A stretch of DNA of 64,000 nucleotides from Verrucomicrobiia bacterium (GTDB lineage: Bacteria; Verrucomicrobiota; Verrucomicrobiia; Limisphaerales; UBA11358), in NCBI GenBank assembly GCA_031290985.1, contig JARLJW010000086.1:845-64844 (forward strand). The letters run 5' to 3'. The notes beneath the pieces are model-generated. The model was not told the origin of the DNA. It saw nothing but the letters and a program-made list of their open reading frames with translations, and searched no databases. Shown here one piece after another: positions 9,432 to 17,728 of this stretch (positions within the stretch are counted from its first letter, which is position 1; each line of letters starts with the position of its first letter). The translations under genes were made by a program, and so were the position numbers.

Positions 9432-9618
9432 AATAAATTAAAAACCCGCGGCTAAAAAATTGAATTCAAATTCACACCGCAGATTGGAAACGCCCCGCCC
9501 CCTTTGAGCAACCAAATTCCTGCAATAATCCCCCCATTTATTCGTGAAAACTTCGCTGGATAACCAAAACGATTGCCCAACCGCCCGAAATCGCCCCGCC
9601 CTTTCCCTTCTCTTGGGG

Positions 9619-9929
9619 CTTATCCTTACCCACATCTTTCCGGCGGCCATATCAAGTTGCGGCTCTGGGGCTTCCCCCGCATCCGCGAGGAAGCGTGCCT
9701 TAAAATAGAATAACGCGCCCGGGCGGGTGGAAGCTGAAGCGGCGTAAACGCCGCGCCCCAGCCAAAGGAGCGCGACCTTGAGGTCGCTTCAATGCCCAAA
9801 CCGACGCGGGCAGGATCATGGTTGAGCGCGCACATCTTGGCGGGCAGCATTTGCAAGTAATTCCCATATAAAAATTTAGGCGATGGGCTTGGCTTAAAAA
9901 TCTCGGTGGAAAATGTGGGTAAGGATAAG
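9619..9929. mobile_element. 311-bp miniature inverted-repeat element, IS4/IS50-like
   Basis: 19-bp ends CTTATCCTTACCCACAT(C/T)T (18/19 identical); flanking 9-bp direct repeat CTCTTGGGG at 9610-9618 and 9930-9938. Confidence 0.85.
9736..9790. repeat. Inverted doublet of GGAG-type REP-like hairpins inside the miniature element
   Basis: gaagcggcgtaaacgccgcgcccc and ggagcgcgaccttgaggtcgcttc, with compensatory stem changes. Confidence 0.7.
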
Positions 9930-10011
9930 CTCTTGGGGGGAGCAGTAAATCCATCTATGACTATTGATATTACTGCGAAGCTCGGCCGCGGACTTCATCC
10001 AGACCAGCCCG

Positions 10012-10569
10012 TTATTGGCCCGGTCCGGCGCCGATCATCTCCGTGCGATATTTTGGGAGAAGCCCCAAGATTTTTGCCATTAAAGCGGCCTGAGTTGCCT
10101 CATCCGTTGCGGGCGCGGGTGCCGTCCGCGTGGCCACTGGAACCCCGACCGCGAGAAAAAGTTCTTCCTGTCCTGCGGGCGCGCAGATGCAAAGCAACCG
10201 TGCCGGTTGCTGGGAAGCGTTGGTAAAGCAATGTGGCGCGTTCGCCGGGATGCTGATCGTCTGCCCGGCACGCACGGTCGATTTTTTGCCGCGAAAAGTG
10301 GCTTCGATCTCGCCTTCGAGGACGGTAAACGATTCCTCGAAGTCGTGGCGATGCGGCGGCGGGCCGCCGCCCGGCGGAACGTGCATGTCAATGAGGCAAT
10401 AACGACCGTTGGTATCCCCGCCGCTGAGCAAAATGGTATAGGTATCTCCCGCGATGCCAAGGTGGCAAAGGCCGGGGCCGTGGTCGGGGTCCGCGACGGT
10501 GAGATTGCGGAGGAGGTTGTCTGCCGGAACCGGCGTAATGGACTGCGCAGTGATGGAATTGGGATTCAT
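10012..10569 (-). CDS. Cupin domain protein
   Basis: GPPPHRHDFEESFTVLEG...IPANAPHCF. Confidence 0.9.
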   Translation of the reverse strand: MNPNSITAQSITPVPADNLLRNLTVADPDHGPGLCHLGIAGDTYTILLSGGDTNGRYCLIDMHVPPGGGPPPHRHDFEESFTVLEGEIEATFRGKKSTVRAGQTISIPANAPHCFTNASQQPARLLCICAPAGQEELFLAVGVPVATRTAPAPATDEATQAALMAKILGLLPKYRTEMIGAGPGQ

Positions 10570-10606
10570 GACATTGATTTTATGGGACTGTTCCCGGATG
10601 GATGGT

Positions 10607-11245
10607 TTAACCGGCAATGACCGGAGCCTGTCGCTGATAATGTTTGTCCGCCAGTTCCCGGAGGCAAAAGGCGGCGACGTCCGGGCGGCTGATGGTGCCG
10701 ACGTGTATCCCGGCCAGCTCTGTGAAGGCTTTGACGGCTGGTACCCCTTTGGCGGAGCCGTTGGTCAGGATCGCCGGACGCACCAGTGTCCAGTCAAGCC
10801 CGCTGGCACGCACGATCTCTTCCTGGCGGGTTTTGTCATGGTAAACTACCCGCAGCATCAATGGCTGGAACAGCCAGTTATAATACCAGGGCCCATGGCC
10901 CTTGCTCTCGCCCGCGCCGATGCCGGTGAGGCAAATTAAACGGCTGACCCCCTGGGCCTTCATGGCGGCAACCAGATTGCGCGTGCCTTCCGAGAGCAGG
11001 GTTATCTCCTTGAAGGGACCCGAGGCCGCCGAACCCAGGGAGCAAATCACGGCTGCCTGACCCGACAACGCTTTTTCCAGGGAACTGGCGTCAAGGACGT
11101 TGCCCGGCGCTAATTTAACGGCGGCCGGAAAAGCGGCCTTGGACGCATTCCGCACCAGGGCGGTGACGACATGCCCCTGGGCCAACGCCTGGCTGACGAT
11201 TTCCCTGCCGGTGGGTCCGGTGGCACCGATGACGAGCAGATTCAT
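10607..11245 (-). CDS. NAD(P)-binding oxidoreductase (atypical SDR, flavin-reductase-like)
   Basis: IGATGPTG, DWTLVRP, ISRPDVA; start trimmed to MNLLVIG. Confidence 0.9.
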   Translation of the reverse strand: MNLLVIGATGPTGREIVSQALAQGHVVTALVRNASKAAFPAAVKLAPGNVLDASSLEKALSGQAAVICSLGSAASGPFKEITLLSEGTRNLVAAMKAQGVSRLICLTGIGAGESKGHGPWYYNWLFQPLMLRVVYHDKTRQEEIVRASGLDWTLVRPAILTNGSAKGVPAVKAFTELAGIHVGTISRPDVAAFCLRELADKHYQRQAPVIAG

Positions 11246-11335
11246 AATAAAGAACCGATACCCTATTTTTTCGCCCATGCAAGGGCTACCTGCTTCGCGA
11301 TGGAGAAGGCCAGGATGAGGGCGGACAACAAAACG

Positions 11336-11373
11336 TTCCATCCTCCATCTTCGATTCTCCATCCTCGTTAAAA
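11336..11373 (+). repeat. 38-bp direct repeat, copy 1
   Basis: 35/38 identical to 12740-12777. Confidence 0.75.
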
Positions 11374-11427
11374 ACCGCAAAATAATCTGTTCGCTTTTGG
11401 CGTCGCCGGTCATATACCCATGAGATC

Positions 11428-12675
11428 ATGAATGACGACCAGACGTTGCTGCGGGAATTCGCGGCGTCCCATTCCGAAGCCGCCTTTGCCGCGCTGGTGT
11501 CGCGGCACGTCAATCTGGTCTATTCCGTGGCCCTGCGGCAGGTGCGCGACCCGCATCTGGCCGAGGAGATCACCCAAGCCGTGTTCATCATTCTCGCGAG
11601 GAAGGCGGATAAATTGTCACCGCCCACGGTGCTGGCCGGCTGGCTGTGCCGCACAGCGCGTTATGTCGGCGCCGGGGCGTTGCGGACCCAACACCGCCGT
11701 CAGCAGCGCGAACAGGAGGCCCACATGCAATCCCTTTTGAACGAACCGGAATCACCCGCCTGGACGCACATCGCCCCGCTGCTCGATGGGGCGATGGAAA
11801 CGCTGGACCGGAAGGATCACGACGCGCTGGTGCTGCGTTTTTTTGAGAATAAAAACTTTGCGGAAGTCGGCGTCGCGCTGGGCACGGGCGAAGACACCGC
11901 CCGGATGCGCGTGAATCGCGCGCTGGAAAAGCTGCACCGCTTTTTCAACCGGCACGGGATTTCTTCCACCACGGCCATCATTGCCGGGGAAATTTCCGCC
12001 CACTCCATTCAAGCCGCGCCGGTGGCGCTGGCAAAATCTGTGACCGCCGTGGCGATTGCCAAAGGCGCGACCGCGTCCCTCTCAACTTTAACCCTCATCA
12101 AAGGAGCCTTGAAAATTATGGCGTGGACAAAAGTAAAAACGGCAACTGTCGTCGGCGTGAGTTTGCTGCTTGCGGGCGGGACCGCAACGGTGGTCATGAA
12201 AGCCATCGCCGGGCACCAGCCTTATCCCGCCCCGCGCACAACCCCGGCCACGGCCAGCATCAAGGGCCAGGTGGTGAGTCCGGCACAACTGGTTGACGCG
12301 GGCAACACCACGCCCGAAGCCGCTTTGGAAACACGTTTTTGGGCGCGGGCCAATGGCGATTATGACGGCGTCCTCGCCGCGACCGATCCGCACGTCCAGC
12401 ATGTGACCAAGAATTGGATGGGCGACCGGGCGACCTTCCGCGGCCGATCCCAAGACGATTTCACCTCGATCAAGGGCGTGCAAATTGCCGCCCGCAAAGA
12501 CCTGGCCGCTGACCGGGTGGAGTTGGAATACCAATTGACCTACTTGGATCCCAAAACTCCGCCGTTCGCCAAGATCGTTGAAATGGTCAAGTTTAACGGC
12601 GCATGGTTTAGCAACCAAACCCGCTCCAATGATGCGGGTTGGGATGTCGTGAGCCAGCCGGAGCCGCAGCCTTGA
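11428..12675 (+). CDS. ECF sigma factor with C-terminal TM and extracytoplasmic extension
   Basis: [26 protein letters not shown], region-4 HTH, then a hydrophobic segment. Confidence 0.9.
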   Translation: MNDDQTLLREFAASHSEAAFAALVSRHVNLVYSVALRQVRDPHLAEEITQAVFIILARKADKLSPPTVLAGWLCRTARYVGAGALRTQHRRQQREQEAHMQSLLNEPESPAWTHIAPLLDGAMETLDRKDHDALVLRFFENKNFAEVGVALGTGEDTARMRVNRALEKLHRFFNRHGISSTTAIIAGEISAHSIQAAPVALAKSVTAVAIAKGATASLSTLTLIKGALKIMAWTKVKTATVVGVSLLLAGGTATVVMKAIAGHQPYPAPRTTPATASIKGQVVSPAQLVDAGNTTPEAALETRFWARANGDYDGVLAATDPHVQHVTKNWMGDRATFRGRSQDDFTSIKGVQIAARKDLAADRVELEYQLTYLDPKTPPFAKIVEMVKFNGAWFSNQTRSNDAGWDVVSQPEPQP

Positions 12676-12739
12676 GCCCGGTGAACCGGTTTATCCGGAA
12701 CCATCCCGTTGCCCCTGTCGCGCCGCCATCGCCCCACTA

Positions 12740-12777
12740 TTCCATCCTCCATCATCTATTCTCCATCCTCATTAAAA
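12740..12777 (+). repeat. 38-bp direct repeat, copy 2
   Basis: ttccatcctccatcatctattctccatcctcattaaaa. Confidence 0.75.
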
Positions 12778-12797
12778 TCCGCCCCGCCACTCCCCGC

Positions 12798-12826
12798 TTG
12801 CACCGCACCGTCCGTTCCGCTTGAAT
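12798..12826 (+). promoter_or_regulatory. Possible sigma70 promoter for gdh
   Basis: TTGCAC-17 bp-TTGAAT, ending 9 nt before the ATG. Confidence 0.3.
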
Positions 12827-12835
12827 GCCTTCCTT

Positions 12836-14092
12836 ATGGAAATCTACGCCCACCCAACTTTCCAGATGGCGTGCCGGCAATTCGACCTGGTCGCCGACCA
12901 CCTGCAGATCCCCGAAAGCCACCGCGACCGCCTGAAATATCCCAAACGTTCCCTCATCGTTTCGCTGCCCATTCACATGGACGATGGTGCCACCCGCGTT
13001 TTCACCGGCTACCGCGTGCAACATCATCTCACGCTCGGCCCCACCAAGGGCGGGCTCCGCTATCACCCGGATGTGGCCCTCGGCGAAGTCGCCGCGCTCG
13101 CCATGTGGATGAGCTGGAAATGCGCCCTCACCGGCCTGCCCTATGGCGGCGCCAAGGGCGGCATCACCTGCGACCCCTCCAAAATGTCGCGCACCGAGAT
13201 CGAGCGGCTCACACGCCGGTTCACCCAGGAAATGATCCCGTTCATCGGCCCGCAGGTGGACGTCATGGCTCCGGATGTCGGCACCAACGATCAGACCATG
13301 GCGTGGATCATGGACACCTATTCCGTGCATGAAGGCAATTCCGTGCCCGGCGTCGTCACCGGCAAACCCATCGGCCTGGGTGGTTCCTTGGGACGCCGCG
13401 AAGCCACCGGCCGCGGCGTCGCCTATCTCATCCGGCGCGCCGCCGAAGCCCTCAGCCTGGACCCCGGCAAATGCACCGCCGTCATCCAGGGTTTTGGCAA
13501 CGTCGGTTCCGTGGCCGCCGCTTCGCTGGCGCAATACGGAACCAGGGTGATTGCCATCAGCGATGTTCACGGCGGCCTGTACAATGCCCGGGGCCTCGAC
13601 CTGCCGGCGCTGGAAAAATATGCCGCGCAAAACCGCGGCCTCGCCGGCTTCCCCGGCGCGGAGCCGGTCACCAACGAACAGTTGTTGCTGCTCCCCTGCG
13701 ATGTCCTGGTTCCCGCGGCGATGGAACGGCAGATCACCGCCGCCAACGCCGGCAAAATCCAATGCCGCATTCTCGCCGAGGCCGCCAACGGCCCCACCAC
13801 GCCCGACGCGGATGAAATCCTGCGCCAACGGCCCGAGATCTTTGTCATCCCCGATGTCCTCTGCAACGCCGGCGGCGTGGTCGTGAGCTATTTCGAGTGG
13901 GTGCAGGATTTGCAGAGCTTTTTCTGGAGCGAGGACGAGATCACCGCCAAGCTGTTCCACATCCTCGACAATTCTTGGACGCAGATTTTCAAGCTGAGCC
14001 GCCAGCACAATATCTCCATGCGCATGGCCGCCCTGAGCGTCGGCATCAGCCGCGTCTTGGAAGCGAAAAACCAGCGCGGCCTATTCCCGTAA
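12836..14092 (+). CDS. gdhA: Glu/Leu/Phe/Val dehydrogenase (glutamate dehydrogenase)
   Basis: GPTKGGLRYHP, GGAKGG, APDVGT, GGSLGRREATGRG, QGFGNVG, EAANGP. Confidence 0.92.
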   Translation: MEIYAHPTFQMACRQFDLVADHLQIPESHRDRLKYPKRSLIVSLPIHMDDGATRVFTGYRVQHHLTLGPTKGGLRYHPDVALGEVAALAMWMSWKCALTGLPYGGAKGGITCDPSKMSRTEIERLTRRFTQEMIPFIGPQVDVMAPDVGTNDQTMAWIMDTYSVHEGNSVPGVVTGKPIGLGGSLGRREATGRGVAYLIRRAAEALSLDPGKCTAVIQGFGNVGSVAAASLAQYGTRVIAISDVHGGLYNARGLDLPALEKYAAQNRGLAGFPGAEPVTNEQLLLLPCDVLVPAAMERQITAANAGKIQCRILAEAANGPTTPDADEILRQRPEIFVIPDVLCNAGGVVVSYFEWVQDLQSFFWSEDEITAKLFHILDNSWTQIFKLSRQHNISMRMAALSVGISRVLEAKNQRGLFP

Positions 14093-14127
14093 ACCCCTGG
14101 CCGTTGGATTCGGATGCAAGAAAGCCA

Positions 14128-14265
14128 GAGCCTCGGCGTGGTTCGTGGTGCATTCAATATCCCGCCGCCTCTGATCCCCTCGCCCTGCGGCTGAGCGAGG
14201 AGAGGGGGCAAGAGCCGCCGGGTGGTTCGTGGCGCGTCCCACAACCCACCGCCGCTGATTCTCCC
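14128..14265 (+). repeat. Imperfect 83-bp-period tandem duplication around a GGAGAGGG-type hairpin
   Basis: agagcctcggcgtggttcgtggtgcattc versus agagccgccgggtggttcgtggcgcgtcc. Confidence 0.5.
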
Positions 14266-14291
14266 ATCATTTTCACTCCGCCATAAAACAA

Positions 14292-14321
14292 AAAGGCACC
14301 CGGAACAAACCGGGTGCCTTT
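14292..14321 (-). terminator. Rho-independent terminator of the HU gene
   Basis: aaaggcacccgg-6 nt-ccgggtgccttt with a T-run on the minus strand. Confidence 0.85.
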
Positions 14322-14336
14322 GAAATTAGAAGGAGA

Positions 14337-14627
14337 TTACTTCTTCACGCCGAGGATCGCGTCCTTCGCGGCCTTGGCCACGCGGAACTTCACGACCTTC
14401 TTCGCCTTGATCTGGATGGTTTCGCCGGTCGCCGGATTACGGCCGACGCGCGCCTTGCGGTTGACCAAAACCAATTTGCCGAGACCGGGGATGGTGAAAG
14501 AATCCTTGGCGTGCTTGTACGCCAGCGCCGCGATCTGCTCGAGAATTTCAGCGGCCTGTTTCTTGGTGAGGTTGCTCTTGATCGCGACTTCGCCGATGAT
14601 CTGTGATTTCGTCAGTGCTTTTGCCAT
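14337..14627 (-). CDS. hup: HU family DNA-binding protein
   Basis: TKSQII, FTIPGLGKL, ARVGRNPATGETIQI, VKFR. Confidence 0.95.
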   Translation of the reverse strand: MAKALTKSQIIGEVAIKSNLTKKQAAEILEQIAALAYKHAKDSFTIPGLGKLVLVNRKARVGRNPATGETIQIKAKKVVKFRVAKAAKDAILGVKK

Positions 14628-14780
14628 GATATAATTTGTATGTTTTGTGTTTGGACTAATGTTTACCGGCCCAGTAAAGCGGTTCAGCGCGCGCAATCCA
14701 AGACAAAACCGTGTTTTTATTGATGTTTTTCCGCTTGACCGCCGGTTCGGTGGCAGCCGTGGAACCGCGTCCCTGCCACC

Positions 14781-17681
14781 TCACAGCTTCACGTGGACGC
14801 TGTCGAACAGCGTGGAATTCAACATCGAGCTGTTGTGGCCCGAAAGGCCGAGGCCGACGGAGATGGTCTTGTTCATGGGGACCGTCACGTTGCCCACCTG
14901 ACGCCAGACGTTGCCATCGTGGGAGGCGTAACCGGTCAAGGTATTGCCCGCGCGGACAAGCTTCACCCAGCGGGGCTGATTCGGCAGCAGGCCATCGGTG
15001 TTGCCCGCGGGCTGGTCGGCGGCGGAACGCCATTGAAAGGTCGAGCCGCCGCTGCCGGTGACGGCCATGAGCGCATACTTTGCGCCCGGGGATAAATCTT
15101 CCCGGATCATCACCCCGGCCTTGGCCCATGGATCGGTGTATTGCAACGCGGCCACATGGGCGACGATCTCGCCATCGCCGCTCAATGACCACCAGGCGTA
15201 CAGGATTGAATCGGCGCTTTCCCAAATGTCGTCGTTGGCGGCGATGAGATTATAGCTGCCGTTCAAATAACCCGCCTGGCCGGGCGAGCTGGCGGTGCCG
15301 ATGTCCGCCTGCGACCAGCCCTTCGGCAACGTGGGCGCGCGCTCCGGCAGGGAGTTGATCCACTGGGCGAGCACCGATACCGCCGGGTCATCCACCAGGT
15401 TCCGGGCGAGCGGCGGCATCTGGTTTTCACCCGTGATGCTGACACGGTGGAACAAAATGGACCGGTACGTGTCGCCGGGGACGATCACCTTCGCCCCCGT
15501 GATGCCCAGTTGGTTGGCCACCGGGCCGTTGATGAGATTCTGCAGCTTCAACGGCGTGTCAAAGCGCGCATCAAAGAACGCGCCCGCGCCGCCGGGCCGG
15601 TGACAGGCCGCGCAATTGGCATCGAGATACGAGCGGGCGCGCAGCGCCAGCGGGGCGCCGGTGTTCGTGAGGTTGACCAGCCGGGCGTAGAGCGGGAGGG
15701 CGGCTTCATTCAGCTTGGTGTCGAACAGGCCCAGGTGGTTCCACGCGCGCAGTTGGTTGTCTGTGACGCCGTTGGGATACTTGAAATCGCCGTCAAGCTG
15801 CCGCGTCTTGACGCCGAGCACGCCGCCGGATTGCGCCGTGTGGCAGGTCAGGCAATCCTGCCGGCCGGGATAAAACCAGCGCTGCGTGCGCGCACCGGTC
15901 GCGGTGGTGATGGTGATGTCCTCGTTCGTGCCGGCATTCACGAGGTCCGCGTCGGAATTATCCGCGCGCCATTTGTAGCTCGCGCCGTAAACGCCGCCGT
16001 TCGTGTCGCAGACCAGCAGGCGCGTTTCGAGGCGGCGCAAGATTTGGGGATTCGTCTCATCGACCGGCATTTCAAAATCCTTCACGAAGACGGTGCCGGC
16101 GGGGAAGGTCCATTCGCCTTTCGCGGCAAAATGAATTTTGGCATCCGCCGGCAACACCAGCCAGCGCGCTTTCACCGCGCCATCCGACCACAACGGCGAA
16201 TTGACGGCGTACGGGATCAGCGCGGCCGCCGGCTGCAAGGTTGCCAGGTCCGCGAACGCGCCCGTCTGTGAGAGCAGCGCCGGCAACGGCCGCGCCACCG
16301 GCGGCGGACCACCCCGCTGCAGCTTGTAGATGCGCCCGCCGATGCTGCTCATCTGGCACAGATAGATTTCCCCATCCGCATCCAGCCCGAACGAGGACAG
16401 CCCCGTGTAGTCAGAACCGGAGTTCGGCCCCGAGCCCTTGGGCATCACGCATAAGATCGTTTTCTTCGCCGGCGTGGTCGTTTCGTCCAGCGCCCAGACC
16501 GTCCGCAGGACGTTGTCACCGAAAATGTATTTGCCGCCGAGGTCGCGGTTGAAATTCCGGCCGCGGTAGACATAACCGCCGATGACGGCGCGGCCGTCCG
16601 TATGCGGATAATCCAACACGGGCCCGCGGCTGGTGCCGATGAACGGGGCCCGCATTTTCCCAAGATTGCCTTCACAGCGGTTCCACTGGAAATTGAGCCC
16701 GGATTCGCCGGGCTCGATCACATCAATCTCCTCGCGCGAGCTTTCCCCGACGTCGCCGATGAAAATTCTCCCGCTGGGCCCGTCATAGGTCATGCGATGC
16801 GGACTGCGCAGGCCCAGGCAGAAAAACTCCTCCAGCACGTTGGACTGGCCGACAAATGGATTATCGTTCGGGATGAAATAATTGGCCGTATAACCATCCT
16901 TCGGCTGGCGCGGCGGCGCATGACTCACATCCGGACGGCAGTCCACATCCACGCGAAAGACGCCGGAATAAAGGCGCGCGTCGATGACCTGGTTGTTGTC
17001 GCCCACGGCGTTGTCGCCGTCCGTCCAATACAGAAACCCGTTCGTGGGGTGAAAAAACATGCCACCGCCGTGGTGCCACACGGTCTGGTTGGTGAGGTCC
17101 ACGAAAATTTTCACCGAATCCGGAATTGCCACGCCATTCGTATCGAGGGTGTAACGCTCCAGCCGGTCGTGATAGGTGTCCGGCAGGTTCGGCACCGGCC
17201 GGGTCGTCGGCGAACCGGTCACCGTGCCGGGCCGGACCCAGGTGTAATAGACGAACAGGAAATGATTCGTCGCAAAACCCGGATGAAACGCAATGCCCAG
17301 CAGCCCGGAATCGTCCCAGCCCTGGCATTGGCCGCTGACATCAAGGACGAGCTTTTTTTCATTGGCCCCGGGGGAATTCGGAAACGTCCAGACACGGCCT
17401 TCGCGTTCCCAGACACAGAGTTGATCCGTGCCGGGAACGGGCGTCAAACCGACGCTGTTGGTGAAAACGAGGTTCGTGAACGCGACGACCGCCGACCAGT
17501 TGCCGGAGATGCTCGGCGCGGTTTCGGGCATCACGCCATTCAGGAACGCGCCCGCAGCCGGGCGGTTGGTGAGCCCATAGGGTTTGGCGTGGGCGCTAAA
17601 CAGCAGACCGCCCACCACGGCAAGCAACAGCAGCCATTGGCGGTGGTTGAAAAGCGTTCTGGTCACAACCGGAAAGCGCAC
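14781..17681 (-). CDS. Secreted PQQ-type glucose/sorbosone dehydrogenase fused to a diheme cytochrome c module and a C-terminal lectin-like domain
   Basis: HHGGG, GDN, GLRSPHR, GDVG (GSDH); VNSPLWSDGA, CLTCH, CAACH; AKAGVMIRE tail. Confidence 0.8.
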   Translation of the reverse strand: MRFPVVTRTLFNHRQWLLLLAVVGGLLFSAHAKPYGLTNRPAAGAFLNGVMPETAPSISGNWSAVVAFTNLVFTNSVGLTPVPGTDQLCVWEREGRVWTFPNSPGANEKKLVLDVSGQCQGWDDSGLLGIAFHPGFATNHFLFVYYTWVRPGTVTGSPTTRPVPNLPDTYHDRLERYTLDTNGVAIPDSVKIFVDLTNQTVWHHGGGMFFHPTNGFLYWTDGDNAVGDNNQVIDARLYSGVFRVDVDCRPDVSHAPPRQPKDGYTANYFIPNDNPFVGQSNVLEEFFCLGLRSPHRMTYDGPSGRIFIGDVGESSREEIDVIEPGESGLNFQWNRCEGNLGKMRAPFIGTSRGPVLDYPHTDGRAVIGGYVYRGRNFNRDLGGKYIFGDNVLRTVWALDETTTPAKKTILCVMPKGSGPNSGSDYTGLSSFGLDADGEIYLCQMSSIGGRIYKLQRGGPPPVARPLPALLSQTGAFADLATLQPAAALIPYAVNSPLWSDGAVKARWLVLPADAKIHFAAKGEWTFPAGTVFVKDFEMPVDETNPQILRRLETRLLVCDTNGGVYGASYKWRADNSDADLVNAGTNEDITITTATGARTQRWFYPGRQDCLTCHTAQSGGVLGVKTRQLDGDFKYPNGVTDNQLRAWNHLGLFDTKLNEAALPLYARLVNLTNTGAPLALRARSYLDANCAACHRPGGAGAFFDARFDTPLKLQNLINGPVANQLGITGAKVIVPGDTYRSILFHRVSITGENQMPPLARNLVDDPAVSVLAQWINSLPERAPTLPKGWSQADIGTASSPGQAGYLNGSYNLIAANDDIWESADSILYAWWSLSGDGEIVAHVAALQYTDPWAKAGVMIREDLSPGAKYALMAVTGSGGSTFQWRSAADQPAGNTDGLLPNQPRWVKLVRAGNTLTGYASHDGNVWRQVGNVTVPMNKTISVGLGLSGHNSSMLNSTLFDSVHVKL

Positions 17682-17728
17682 AAGATTCCCCGCCTTGTGC
17701 CTGGCGTCAAATTTTTAAACCGCCGGGT

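Noticed and set aside
12752-14008. 418-aa ORF antisense to gdh
   Set aside because: Typical high-GC shadow ORF exactly opposite a conserved gene.
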